Assembly: GCF_963921235.1 (NCBI RefSeq)
Contig: NC_086097.1
Coordinates: 169,262,001-169,326,000, forward strand
Direction: 5' to 3'
Source of the DNA: Mobula hypostoma
Lineage: Eukaryota
DNA: 64,000 nucleotides
Translations under genes and position numbers: made by a program
Notes under the pieces: model-generated
Databases searched by the model: none
The model's input: the letters and a program-made list of their open reading frames with translations, nothing else
Told to the model about the DNA's origin: nothing
Shown: in pieces, positions 24,065 to 37,468 of the stretch
Position numbering within the stretch: position 1 is the stretch's first letter
Layout of the letters: each line of letters begins with the position of its first letter

Positions 24065-25045
24065 ATTATTTGATGATGAAGGTAGAGCAGTGGATGTAGT
24101 GTGTATGAATTTTAGTAACACATTTGATAAGGTTCCCCATGCGAGGCTCATTCAGAACGTAATGAGGCATGGGATCCAAGGAGACCTTGCTTTGTGGATC
24201 CAGAATTAGCTTGACCAAATTATGGTTATGGATGGTTCATATTCTGCATGGAGGACGGTGACCAGTGGTGTTCCACAGGGATCTGTTCTGGGGCCCCTCC
24301 TCTTTGTGATTTAATGGTAAGACTCTTGGCAGTGTGGAGGATTAGTGAGATCTTGGGGTCCATGTCCATAGGACACTCAAAGCTGATGTGCAGCTTGACA
24401 GTGTTGTTAAAGAAAGCATGTGGTGTGTTGGCGTTCATCAGCTGTGGGATTGAGTTCAAGAGCCTTGAGGTAATGTTACAGCTATATAGGTCAGACCCCA
24501 CTTAGAATACTGTGTTCAGTTCTGGTCACCTCACTACAGGAAGGATGTGGATACCATAGAGAGAGAGTGCAGAGGAGATTTACAAGGACGTTGCCTGCAT
24601 TGGAGAGTATGCCTTATGAGAACAGGTTGAGTGAACTTGGCCTTTTTTCCTTGGAGTGACAGAGGATGAGAGGTGACCTGATTGAGGTGCATAAGATGAT
24701 GAGAGGCATTGATCGTGTGGATAGCCAGAGGCTTTTTCCCAGAGCTGAAGGGGCTAACACAAGAGAGCATAGTTTTAAGGTGCTTGGAAGTAGGTACAAG
24801 GGAAATATCAGAGCTAAGTTTTTCACAGAGAGTGGTGGGTGGATGGGATGCACTGCCAGCGAAAGTGGTAGAGTCAGATAAAAAAGGGTATTTTAGGAGA
24901 CTCTTAGATGGGTACATGGAGCTTAGAAAAATAGCGGGCTACAAGGAAGGGAAGCTAGAGGCAGCTTCGAGAGTAGGTTACATGGTTGGCACAACATTGT
25001 GTGCTGAAGGGCCTGTAATGTGCTGTATATTTTCCATGTTTCTAT
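24065..25045 (+). mobile_element. CR1 LINE 3' portion
   Basis: AVDVVCMNFSNTFDKVPHARL; MRGDLIEVHKMMRGIDRVD; tail ttttccatgtttctat. Confidence 0.85.
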
Positions 25046-26359
25046 TAAATGCAGGAGTAGCCTACATGGGCTCCAAATTTGAATGTTCCTGTTTGTATGT
25101 TATTACAAGGGATTCCTCCATATTGCTTTATCTACTCTTGCCAAAGAATAAATATATGGAATATTTACCTCTAGTGCCTAGTCATCTTGTAATCTTATCT
25201 TAGTAACAGATGTTACATCAAATGCTTTGAGCTTTTACATTGACTTTAATCACTAATATGCCATTACCATTAACTCTTTCAATTTCTGTGTCACTCTGCC
25301 TATTGTGGGCCATCTTGCAACTTTTATATCAAAAACCAAACTGCTGGAGGAACAGTTTGCTTCACAGGGCATAGAGCATCCGTGAAGCGAACTGGATTGA
25401 AAAGGGCCCAGACCTTTCACCTGGACTGATAGTGGATACTTTGGGTCAAAACCCTTTATCTGGATTTTTTGGTCTTTGACCTGCTGAGTTTCTCCAGCAG
25501 TTTGCTTCTTACCCCAATTTGCAATATCTTCAGTCTCCTTTGCAACTTTAATACTTTAAATTCTTGACCTTTCCTCACTTCCAAATTTACCTACATCTCA
25601 CACCACTTTATTGACTTGGAGCCTTGTTTTAAACATTGATTGCAATCGGTGAAGTTTTTTTTTTCAAAAATCAATCACCTATGCAATGTGGGTAAAGCTG
25701 TATCCACTCTGTCCCCAGCATAGGTCCCTCATACCAGGGCATAGAGTACAGGACTCTGGAGATCATGGTACAACTTGATAAAACCTTGCTTCAGCCACAA
25801 CTACAAGAACAATGTGGGATGATTTCTCTGGAAGTTGCCAAGGAGATTCACCAGGATGTTGATGAGATGGTATTTCAATTGTGCGGAGGATGATGTGGAG
25901 CAAGTTTTTTGTGCAGACTGGTGGGTGCCTGGAACGCGCTGCCAGGGATGTAAGTAAATATGACAAAGGCGCTCAAGGGGCTCTTAGATAAGTACATGAA
26001 TGTGCAGGAAATAGAATATGGACATTGTCTGGCCATTGTTTAGTTTCCTTTGGGCATTTGATTACTAATTTAATTAGCTTGGCACATTGTGAGCCAAAGG
26101 GCCTGTTCCTGTGCTGTACTGTTCCATGTTTTATAATAACTACCTTCTCACAAGTCATTTAGCAATGGAGAATAAACATTGGTTTTGTCAGTGGTGCTAT
26201 TGAAAGAGTGAAAGAATTCCTCACAATGCACAATTCTGTTTTGACCTTGGCACTCCTTTCCTCCTAGAAGACAAAAATTTAACTTTAATGAAACTTTTGG
26301 TAAACTCTCCAATTATCACCTTTTGCATCTATTTATGAAAAGAAAAAAAACTTTGAAGT

Positions 26360-26660
26360 TAAATAATCATTTGTCACACGTTTATCGAAACAAAATGTGA
26401 AATGCGTTGTTTAGGTCAAATCAAATCAGTGATTAATGTGCTGGGCAGTCCACAAGTGTTGCCACGCTTCTGGTGCTAACATAGCACACCCACAATTCAC
26501 TAACCCTAACTGTATGTCCTTGCAATGTGGAAGAAAACTTAAGAGTCACGGAGAGAATATACAAACACCTTACAGGCAGTGGCAGGAATTGAACCCCAAC
26601 TGGTGATCGCTGGCACTGCAGTAGAGTTACACTAACCACTATAATACCTTGCCACCCAAT
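26360..26660 (-). mobile_element. tRNA-derived SINE (V-SINE-like), degenerate
   Basis: Minus strand gggtggcaaggtattatagtggttagtgtaac...ggggttcaattcctgcc...gtttgtatattctctccgtgac. Confidence 0.65.
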
Positions 26661-27772
26661 ATCTAAATCTGGTGTAAGGTACTGGTCAATGAGTTTTAAT
26701 ATGTATTTATATCATTGGCCTCAATCTTCCATTCATCTATGAGCTGCCTGCACTTTCCACTAACCTTGACAGGAAACCTGTTCTCAACTTTGACTGGAAA
26801 GGATTATGACTGAAATGGGCACATATGCCACTCTCCTTAATAACTACTTTTTTCAATTGGTACTGAAAACAGACATGGCAGTGTGGGACAGAAAAGGTTG
26901 CGACTCAAAGTTCAAAGTACCATAATTTCTAAGAGACATATGAGACTGTAGGTGCTAGGATTTGGAGTAAAGTAAACTATAGGAGGAAGTCAGTATTGAT
27001 GGAGAGAAATGGACAGGCACATTCTGGACCAGATGAAGGGTCTAGACCGGAAATGTTGCTATATTATTTATTTATTTATTTTTAACATGATGTCAACAAA
27101 AGCTTATTGCTGAAGAAGAATGGGAAGTATGACATAATTTGCAAAACAGCTAGTTTTGTAAATTATATCAAATATAGCTGCAACCACATGGACCCAGGTT
27201 GGTGGTTACTCTTCACGGAAGGACTGAGCTTGTACGCCCACTCTCCTCGTATGCTGATGGAAAGATGTTTTCAATATTCTGAGATTTATGTGATAATTGG
27301 ATTGCAATTTATATTGGTCTCCTTCAGTTTGTTGGTGTTACCTTTCTTGTGGCTGATTTGTTAATCTTTTGTATGAGAGAGACGGGTTGGGGGTTTTGAT
27401 GCTACTATCACTGTTCTTTACTGCAAGTGAGGGGATCGTGGATTGTTATTGTTGCTGTTTTTTCTGCAAGGAAATGTTGGGGATTTGTTGCTATTACTTT
27501 TTTCTGTGGGGGTGGTGGGGAATTTTGGGGTTGGCAAGTTTTGTTTATTTTTCTTTTTCATGTGGAGGGAAGGAGTTAATGTCTTTTCTTTCAACACTTC
27601 CATGGTCTTTCTGTATTTCATGGCTATCTGAAGACAAATATCAGAGTTGCACTGTACATGCACATTTTGACAATAAAATGAACCTTTGATCTATCAATTC
27701 TATTGGATTATGCTCTACTCAATTTGAAATAAAAGAAAATCCCAAAAACCTAAATAAATATACATTATTAAC

Positions 27773-27778
27773 TTTATT
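27773..27778 (-). terminator. Candidate polyadenylation signal (AATAAA) for CEP192
   Basis: AATAAA on minus strand about 365 nt after the stop codon, followed by T/GT-rich sequence; an ATTAAA at 28041-28046 is an alternative. Confidence 0.4.
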
Positions 27779-28141
27779 TCAAATATACATCAAAATATAA
27801 AAACAGCCAAAAAAATAAACGTTTGTGCAAATTAATTTGTTATACAATACTGAAGGAAAGAGCAGAAACCTGTAGAATCCTGCACACAATGCTGGGATTT
27901 TTAATTTAGTATGGTGCAAATATTTACCAAAATACTTTTCAAAAGTCACAGTGATGGTGTTAAATCAAAATAGCACCAGTGTATAAATAACTTAAATTTA
28001 CAAATTACAGTTTTAAATTTTGTATACAAAAGGTGCTTTTTTTAATATTGTTACAAGATTTCTACTCTATATTAGAGTGTCAAATATTATCTCCAGGTTA
28101 GTTCTTCAGTCAGGTACTTCAAGTTGATAATGCTATGTTGT

Positions 28142-28280
28142 TCATTCTTTTGTAACAGATTCACCAACAAGTCGGATAGGGATACTTCCACATATATCTG
28201 TTTGTACCACGAGCAGTGCTTCGAATTTTCCTTCTGACTGTGGTTTGAACTGGACAGGCAGATTGATGTAGTGTTGAGCA
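28142..28280 (-). CDS. CEP192: Centrosomal protein 192, terminal coding exon
   Basis: ttttgtctag acceptor; (R)AQHYINLPVQFKPQSEGKFEALLVVQTDICGSIPIRLVGESVTKE-stop matches the recalled vertebrate CEP192 C-terminus (AQHYINMPVQFKPKSAGKFEALLVIQTD...); 139 nt, phase fits the preceding exon. Confidence 0.95.
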
Positions 28281-28839
28281 CTAGACAAAATAGCAGAGAT
28301 GTTAAATGAAAACAACAAGAAGCAAAGTTTTCTTCCCCCCAAACTTTATGACTAATAACATTTTCTTAAAAATTTGGCTGGTCTGTTTATGTATCATCTA
28401 TCCAACAGTGAAAAGCAGGAGAATACTAACATACAAGCTGTTAATTTTAAAACCCACTCTATGCCCCCTCAAATATTACAAGTCTTGAAATAGGGGTGAT
28501 CGTTTGGTTGAGATGTACTACTAAGTAATACTACTGCAAGAAATCCATTTTGTGGACAATCAAGAAACCAAGGTCGAAGTCTAAAAAAGATGTGAATGGA
28601 ATACTGACTTTACTTTCAATAAGCACTGAAATAAAGGGATAGATGATGTTTGTTATACAAAGCTTAGGGGATAGTTTACAAAAATGTGGGCAACAATCTT
28701 ATTTTCTCAGTTAAGAACCTATTAAAACTAAGAAAAAAGAGTTTCTTGAGATTAGGCCAATTGAAAATTATAGCTTTATTCTTCCAATTTCTCATCAATT
28801 GATAAATGTTATTTATTTATAGGGAGGAAATGCAGGGCA

Positions 28840-29130
28840 ATGTGATAGTCCGGTGGTTAGCCCTGTGTCTTCATAGCTCCAGGAATCAGGCTTGACTCTG
28901 ACCTTGAGTACTATTTGTGGGAGTTTGTAAATTTGCCCTGTGATGACATGAGCTTCTGGGTGCTCCGGTTTCTACCCATATCCGAAGATGTACTGGTCAG
29001 TAGATTAAATGGGTACTGTAAATTGCCACTAAAGTAGGCAAGAGAGATAATGGAAAGGCAGTTGAGGGCTATATTATTGAGATTGAGCTCCAAGGGAATG
29101 ACAAGATAGCTCTGCTGGAAAGTAGTATGT
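28840..29130 (+). mobile_element. V-SINE (HE1-like), degenerate
   Basis: ggtggttagc...catagctccagg...gggagtttgt...tgggtgctccggtttctacccatatccgaaga...tgtaaattgcc. Confidence 0.7.
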
Positions 29131-29920
29131 AGCTGATGGACAGAATCACTTCCACCTATTTTGCAGTAAGGAGGAGAAAGGAATACGTTAGATTGTTTTT
29201 AAATCACAAATGCCATATTAGGAAGTTAGTGAGAAACAAAAAAGGGAAGGACTGAAAGAAATCTACATGCTGGTACACTGTAATAAAGAGCCTACTGAAG
29301 ATCCAAATTTATCTTGTATTGACCTTCTGCAACTTCTGGGACATGGAGAGATCAAGAAGCAAACATGCTTTACAAGTCCACAAGGTGTTCCAAATTACTT
29401 TGCAATTAAACCCTTTGTAAGTGTAAAACTCTTGGTAAACTCTCCTATCAGAAAAATAATAAATTCATCAATAGTTATTTGGTAATCTCAGTCAGGGATT
29501 TGGTAAAACATGTTACTTCAGTGACCATGTCACAGAGAAGGGTAAAAGAAATGTTTTATTGAATCAAGTTCATTTCGGGCATTTTTATTGATTAAGGATG
29601 CAGTCAAATTTGAAATATTAAAGCAATTCTTCCACTGCATTCCATTTTGCTTATCGTTGACTTTTAATTTGCTCAGCTTTGGAGCTTACTCTGTCAAATG
29701 AAAGAGAATTATACACATGGATGTTCTATCTTTTGTCCAACACACAGAAAGATGTATTCCTTTCTGCAATGAAAGCATGAAGCAAATAACTTAATATAAA
29801 AACACAAAGGTCAAGAAGAGAACCCAAATCTTCTGCGGAGCAGTTCATACATGAGGTTTGAAATTTAATTTGCTCGAGTATTTGCTTCTTTTTATCTTGT
29901 GTTTCTTATTGGTCACTCAC

Positions 29921-29979
29921 CGCAATGAATAATTGGAATGCTTGATATAAAATGGTTCTCTGGGATTTACAAACTTCAG
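29921..29979 (-). CDS. CEP192: CEP192 coding exon (59 nt)
   Basis: tttgcag|LKFVNPREPFYIKHSNYSL(R)|gtgagt; phase 0 in, phase 2 out. Confidence 0.95.
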
Positions 29980-30899
29980 CTGCAAATCAATACCAAAAGC
30001 ATTAGCATAGCCACAAGCAAATACAAACATGCTCATTCCAAACATTCATTTTAAAATTACCATTTTACCAAATAGCTTAAGTTATCAGCAATGGTGTCAA
30101 ACTTCATATCTGAAAAGCTTTTGAACACCATTTTAGTTATTGGCATGAAGCAAGACTGCAAATGAAATTCACATGCATCACTCTATTAGCAGCATTATTC
30201 TTCTTTCTTAGAAAACTTATGTGCAAAAAAAACTGGGCTAGATTAATTAAGGATTTCACTGCCATTTGTAATTATTCCCAGCAGTAATCTGCACAATGCA
30301 AAAAAACTGATAAAGAATAGGATCAATGAACAACTTGCAAATAAAACTGAAGTTTATATAGTGGAACCAACCAACAAGGGCAAGAACCCAAGTCCTTGAT
30401 CCCTTGCACTTCTCCTAATGAGGGTACTGACTAGCTTTAAGGACACTGAATCTTATCTTTAAAAACTTGTTATTTCCTTTTTGCCTGAAATCATAAACAC
30501 TTGCTTATCATCTTCTGTCAAACACTAATCTTTTTCCTCAAACTGCCATGGTTCTTTCTAATTAAGTTGCTGATCTAGAACATACAAGTTCTCATTTAAA
30601 AAAAAGATTTTGATTAGAACGGATGTTATAGCACCCGCTGCTTTTGCTATCATCTCTGAGAGATAAATTAGACCATATTTCTTTAACAATCTTTTATTGC
30701 ATGCAAACAAAACTTACTTCATCTATCAAAGTGTTGACTTAATACAAAGTATGTGTAATTTTCTCTCAAGATTTTAAAACATCATGTCACCTTTATCTTT
30801 CGGACATGTATATTCAATTAAGGTTTGCTTTTTCCTGGCCTGTCTAGAATCATGGAAAGGGTCTTCAATCTGGAATTCAGTTTCTCCAGAGACTGATGC

Positions 30900-31780
30900 T
30901 GCCTGAAAGTGTGAAGTGATAATCGCTGGATGATTGAAGTTCATGGCGGAGGACAAAGTTAATGGCAGGATTCTCAACAGCATGGAGGAACAGAGGGATC
31001 TTGGGATTTGAGTGTATTCCTATTTTACATTGACTGTTCTATTTATTATAAATTACGATTACACATTTAGATGGAGATGTAACAAAGATTTTTACTCATG
31101 TATGTGAAGGATGTAAGAAATAAAGTCAAATTCAATTCAATGCCCAAGTCCCCAGATGCTTCAAAGTTGCCATACAAGCTGATAGGATGGTTAAGGCGGC
31201 ATATGCTATGTTGGCTTTTATTAATTGGGGATTAAGTTCAAGAGCTATGAGCAAACGTTCCAGTATGTAAAACTCTGGCGAGACCACACTTGAGAGTATT
31301 GTCTTCAGTTCTAGTTGTCTCATTATAATAATTTATAAGATTTCGAAAAGGTGCAGATGAGATTTCCAGGCTACTGCCTGGATTAAAGAGCATATCGGCT
31401 GAAGAGAGCTAGGGCTAAGGATTTTCTCACTGGAGCAAAGGAGGACGAGAAGAAACATGATGGAGGCATAGATATAGTGGGTAGACATCTTTTTCCCAGC
31501 ATGGCATTGGCTAATACAAGAAGACACATTTTAAGGTGATGGCAACAAAGTATAGGGGGACGTTAGAGGAAGATTTAAAAAAAATACAGCATGGTAAGGC
31601 ACTTCAGGGGGTGTAGTAGATGCTGATACACTGAGGACATTAAGAGATTCTTTGATAATTACATGGATGAAAGCAAATGGAAGGCTATGTGGGAGGGAAG
31701 TGTTAGATTGATTTGGAGTAGGTTAAACGGTCAGCACTACACTGTGGGCTGAAGAGCAGGTACTTGTGCTGTACTATTCT
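30900..31780 (+). mobile_element. CR1 LINE 3' fragment, decayed
   Basis: aagtgtgaagtgat...gatggttaaggcggcatatgctatgttggctttt...gaccacacttgagagtattgt; 3' end tgtgctgtactattct. Confidence 0.7.
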
Positions 31781-31849
31781 ACAGCATGGGGTTATCTATT
31801 TATTACTGACTTCAGAAGTTATTTCTTTGCACAGAAAGTTAAAAGGAAG

Positions 31850-33265
31850 TTACAAATGTCACGCCACTCTTCAAGAAGGGAGAAAGGGAGAAGAAAGGAA
31901 AATATATGCCAGTTAGCCTGACCTCAGTAGTAGGAAAGATGTTACAGTCAATTGTTAAGGATGTTGTTTCAGGGTACTTGGAGACGCATACTAAAATAGG
32001 CCGAGGTCAGCACGATTTCATGAAGGAAAAATCTTGCCTGACAAATCTATTGGAATTATTTGAGGATATACCAGGCAGGATAGACAAAGGAGATTCAGTG
32101 GATGTTGTTTATTTGGATTTTCAGAAGGCCATTGTCAAGATACTGCACACACAAGACTGCTTAACAAGAAAGCAACCCAGTATTACAGGAAAGGTACTAG
32201 TCTGGGTAGAAGTTTGGCTGACTGGCAGAAGGCAAAGTGTGGAATAAAGGACCTTTTCTGGTTGGTGCCAGTGACTAGTGGTGTTCCACATAGTTCAGTG
32301 TTGGGGCTGCTGCTTTTTATGCTATATGTCAATGATTTGGATGGCCAAGTTTGCAAACATACAAAGATAGGTGAAGGGCAGGTTGTGTTGAAGTAGGGAA
32401 TCTGCAGGAGTTGGGACAGATTGGGAGAATGAATAAAGAAATAGCACATGGAATATAGTGTAGGGAAGTGTATGGTCATGCAGTTTGGTAGAAGGAATAA
32501 AGGCGTAGATTGTTTTCTAAGTGGGGAGAAAATTTTTTTAAAAATCAGAGGTGCAAAAGGGACTTGGGCAGGATTCCCAAAGGTTAACTTGCAGATTGAA
32601 TCGGTGGTAAGGAAGACAAATGCAAGGTTAGCATTAATTTCCAGAGGACTAGAATATAAAAGCAAGGGTGTAATGCTGAGGCTTTATAAGGCACTGGTTA
32701 GACCACACTTGGGAGTATTGAGAGCAGTTTTGGACCTCTTAACCAAGAAAAGATATGCTGGCATAGAAGGTCCAGAGGAGGTTCATGAAAATGATGGTGG
32801 GAATGAAAGGGTTAGTGTACGTGGAACATTGAATATCTCTGGGCTTGTATTGCTAGAATTTAGAAGAAATAGGGTGATCTCATTGAAACCTAGTGAATAT
32901 TGAAAGGCCTAGATAGGGTGGATTTGGAGAGGATGTTTCCTATAGTGGGTGAATCTAGGGCCAGAGGGCACAGGCTCAGGATAGAGGGACATCCAGTTAA
33001 CACCGAGATGAGAAGCAATTTCTTTAGCCAGAGGTTAGTGAATCTGTGGAATTCATTGCCACAGAGAGCCGTGGAGGCCAGGTCATTGAATATATTTAAA
33101 GTAGAGGCTGATAAGATTCTTGCTTAGTCAGGGTGTCAATGGTTACAGGGAAAAGGCAGGAGAATGTGGCTGAGAGGGATAATAAATAGGCTTGATGGAA
33201 TGGCAGAGCAGTCTTGTTGATCGGAGTGGCCTAACTTTGCTCCTATGTCTTATGGTCTGATGGTC
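31850..33265 (+). mobile_element. CR1 LINE RT and 3' end
   Basis: PVSLTSVVGKML...VYLDFQKA; VMLRLYKALVRPHL; tail tcttatggtctgatggtct. Confidence 0.88.
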
Positions 33266-34132
33266 TTTGGAATTCTCTAAAGGTTCGAAACAGTTGTATG
33301 GTGAAGATCACCTTAATATCTAAATATAAAAAAAACTAGTCAACGTTTAAAATTAATGCAGCTTAAACATTCATGAAGTATGGTAACATTCTGGCATAGC
33401 AATCCACTTGATTGTCACCTTACATCCTAAATGTAAACCCTTTCTACCACTTCGGTACTATGGTTGCAATGCAATGCATTCCAAACCAATAACATCTTTA
33501 ACAATAATCCCAACCATTATGATCTTGATGAACAAAGGCCGCAGAAGACTGGGAACGGTATCATCTACAAGACCCTCCAAGTTATCTACTAATTTGAATT
33601 GGAAATAGATCATTGTCCCTTCAATGTGCTCAAGTTCAAATCTCAGATCTCCCCATTTATTATTCGGCAGACAGCTCTAATTCAAAAGTTAAGGTTTCCT
33701 TTCTAAAGGCAATTAGAAATTAACTTTGCTAACAATAGTGATATTACATTAATAAATGATTTAAGCTGATCTACGTCAGTAATTTCTGTGTCAACAATGC
33801 TATTTATACCTAGGATCCACTGATAAATTCCAAATAAGCAGACCAGTTAATATTTGAAACTTATAAACAAGTTTTATAAACACAACTTAAAAACAAAGCT
33901 CTCCAGTCAATGATACAAACACAAATGGCAGTGGACCTACAAAGTGTAGCAGATCAACACAATCCACTGTCTGCAGGAAAATGTTTGTCATTCAATTGAA
34001 GAAACATATTTGCCTTTGTATATTGCAATACTATTGTTATACATTTAGCATAAGTATGCTGTGACACAACTTAAAAATAATATCCTCATTTTAGACTATG
34101 CTTAAACTTACTCACAGGAAAGAGAAACTCAC

Positions 34133-34256
34133 CGAATGTGCAACGGAGGAACTGTTCCGTAAATGAACCTTTAATGTGCTTGACTCCCGAACAGGTGTTA
34201 CAGGGAATGAGTACAAATCATCAGGAGCATAGACACCTTTGAATGACACCTCTCGC
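34133..34256 (-). CDS. CEP192: CEP192 coding exon (124 nt)
   Basis: atttgtag|(G)REVSFKGVYAPDDLYSFPVTPVRESSTLKVHLRNSSSVAHS|gtgagt; matches recalled GVYAPEDVY...RTLKVNLRNNS motif; phase 2 in, phase 0 out. Confidence 0.93.
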
Positions 34257-34584
34257 CTACAAATAACAAAATTTAAATTATACCCGTAGATTTAGTCTTT
34301 CAGTGAAATCTTTTGCAATACTTTCATGCCACAGAAACAGAATTTTCAATGCAACAACGGAACAAACTAAACAATTCTTAACAAGCAACGCATTTTCTCC
34401 ATATTAAGTTTCGAAACAAATGATAATTTTGTTAGAATTGAAAGCCAAGCATATATTTGGAAAATGATAACTGCACAGGTATGCTATATATGGATTTCCA
34501 CAGAAATGGATGATCTGCTAAACAGGAATTCAAGGACTGGTAAAGAAAAAAAAAACTGGCTCAGAAAAGGGGGCGGGGGTGGTT

Positions 34585-35150
34585 TTCAAAGTCCAAATCT
34601 ATTATCAAAGAGCATGCATATCACCATATACTACGCAGAGGTTCATTCACAATAGACACAAAACAGCAATAGAATTAGTGAAAAACTCAACACAAAGATT
34701 GGCAAACAACCAAAGTGCAAAAGTCAAACTCCAAATACAAACATAATAATAATAATAGATAAATAAGGAATAAGTACTACTGAGAACATAAATTGCAGAG
34801 AACTTGAAAGTGAGTCCATAGGTTGTGGAATCGGTTCAGTACTGAAGCTGGTTCAGGAACGTGGTGGTTGAAGAGTAGTAACTGTCTCTTAACAAGGTGG
34901 TGTTGGACCCAAGACTCCTGTACCTCCTTCCTGATGGTAGTAGCAAGAAGAGCATAGCCTGGATTGTGGGAGGTCCTTAATGCTGATTTTTTTCTAGCAT
35001 CTCTCCATGTAGATGTGCTCAATGGTGGGGAAAGGTTTTTTCCCTGTGATGGACTGGGCCATATCCTGTACTTTTTGCAGACTTTTTCTTTTATGGACAT
35101 TGGTGTTTTCATACCAGGCTGTGATGCAACCAGTCAGGATCACAAGAGGG
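34585..35150 (-). mobile_element. Rex1/Babar-type LINE 3' end, decayed
   Basis: ILTGCITAWYEN...KSLQKVQDMAQSITGK in ORF 34994..35200(-). Confidence 0.75.
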
Positions 35151-36187
35151 TTGCAATTTAACAGTAGCCTTTCCAGTTGGAATGAATTAGGCATTGGCAT
35201 TCTTCACTGTTTTGTGCTGGGGCAAATGTTATTTTTGAAGTTAGACATGTAGGGCAAAGTTTCAAACTTCAACAATGGCACAAAGGGGGATGAAAGTAAG
35301 TGGAAGTCCAAGGAGGGAAGGCAAATTCAAGAGGCTGGTGGCAAGGGCAGATGTTTAACTACTAAAACAATGCAGAAGTGCAAAATTATAACATTTTGAT
35401 ATAAATAGTGCAAATTATACAGCAAATAGTACTGTTTTAAAGGGGGAGCATTAATAAACATCTGCGTGAGAAAGCAATTACTTAAGTAAAGGAAATTTCA
35501 GCTGTGAGGTCAACTACAGAAACTAATATTCTTCTTAGAGCAGAGAAGACTAAACTAACTGACAGAAGTGCACCAAATCTGGACTTACTTAGATAATGTA
35601 AATAGCAAACTGTTCCCATTATAGCATGGCTTAAGGACTAAAGGATGCAGAATCAATTTAGAGTAACTTTTAGGGGTAAAGCGAGGAAAATCTTTGTGCA
35701 GTATACAGTTATGATATAGAATATACTGCTTGAAAGTATGAATAATGTAAATTTTATTTTGGCTTTTAAAAAACTCGATAAATATTTAAAAATTGAAAAT
35801 ATCGATGGGAGAAACAGCATGGAAATGAACATAATTGATCATGTCCAAAAGCATAAAAATAACACACTTCTACAGACATACTGTTAAAAGTATCCTGTTT
35901 GGTCGTATTATAGTCTCTTAAGGCAATTCGAACGTGCAGGAACACAAGGTGTTGCAGAGCAGTGGACTCAGCCTGATGTATCCCTCCCACTCTACAAGGC
36001 AAAGATCCCCACCATCTATGCCATGCCATTTTAATGCAGCTACTACTGGATAGGAGATACAAAACCTGAAGTCCCACACAGCCATGTTAAGAACAACTAT
36101 TTATCTTTAATCATTTGGTTCTTGAACCAACTGGCATAACCCTAAATGCTATAGTATAGCAACACCATAACCACCTTACACTAAAAT

Positions 36188-36730
36188 TTGTGCAGTTTTG
36201 GGCTCCTTATTTTAGGAAGGATATACTGACTTTGGAGAGGGTTCAGAGAAGATTCACAAGAATGATTCCAGGAATGAAAGGGTTACCATATGAGGAACGT
36301 CTGGCAGCTCTTGGGCTGTATTCCCCGGAGTTCAGGAGAATGGGGGAGGGGGGATCTCATAGAAACATTCCAAACATTAACAGGCCTGAACAGATTAGAT
36401 GTGGCAAAGTTATTTCCCATGGTAAGGGAGTCTAGGACAAGAGGGTACGACTTCAGGATTGAAGGACGTCCATTTAAAACAGAGATGTGGAGAAATTAAT
36501 CAGAGGGTGGTAAATCTGTGGAATTTGTTGCCACTAGCGGCTGTGGAGGCCAAATCATTGGGTGCATTTAAGGCAGAGATAGATAGTTTCTTGATTAGCC
36601 AGGGCATCAAAGGGTATGGGGAGAAGACAGGGGAGTGGCGATGACCGGAAGAATTGGATCAGCCCATGATTGAATGGCAGACTCGATGGACCAAATGGTC
36701 TACTCCTGCTCCTGTATTTTATGGTCTTAA
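36188..36730 (+). mobile_element. CR1 LINE 3' end
   Basis: [37 protein letters not shown]; tail ttttatggtctt. Confidence 0.88.
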
Positions 36731-36899
36731 AATTGACTGTTTTTGTTCTGATTGTATTCTTTCTTGTAAAAATATATTCTGCAAATACTTGATTACACCT
36801 GTATAAGCGTGGATTTATGCACCTGAAAGTAAATTCAATTTTGACTAAAAAAGTCAAGTTACAACTAAATAAAACTTTGGTTAGGCTGCATTTGGAGTT

Positions 36900-37060
36900 A
36901 ACATAGAAACATAGAAACATAGAAAATAGGTGCAGGAGTAGGCCATTCGGCCCTTCGAGCCTGCACCGCCATTTATTATGATCATGGCTGATCATCCAAC
37001 TCAGAACCCAGCCTTCCCTCCATACCCCGTGACCCCTGTAGCCACAAGGGCCATATCTAA
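36900..37060 (-). mobile_element. Short CR1 3' terminus with (TTTCTATG)n tail inserted in older CR1 sequence
   Basis: acatagaaacatagaaacatagaaaataggtgcaggagtaggccattcggccc on plus strand. Confidence 0.8.
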
Positions 37061-37373
37061 GTTGTGTGTGCAATACTGGTCACTCCATCATAGGAAGGAT
37101 GTTGGAATTCTTTGAGGAAGTAACATACAGGGTAGTCAAAGAAGAGTCACTGGACGTTGTTTACTTGGATTTTTAGAAGCCCTTTGACAAATTGCTGCAC
37201 ATAAGGCTGCTTAACAAGTTAAGTGTCCATGGTATTACTACAGGTCATGGTGCAACTGTACAGGATGCTGCTGAGTCCGTACTTTGAGTATTGTCTTCGG
37301 TTTCAGTTGCCCTGCTATGAGAAAAATGTTATTAAACTGGAGATTACAAGGATACTGTCAAGGCTTGAGGGAC

Positions 37374-37468
37374 AGATGAAAGGTCTCAACCCGAAACGTC
37401 AACTGTTTATTCCTTTCCATAGATGCTGCCTGGCCTGCTGAGTTCCTCCAGCATTGTGTGTGTGTTGC
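37374..37468 (+). mobile_element. Miniature Penelope-like 3' terminus (95 bp) beginning within the hammerhead motif
   Basis: TSD CTTGAGGGAC (37364-37373) / CTTGAGGAAC (37469-37478); ends gtgtgtgttgc like the larger copy at 39744. Confidence 0.75.
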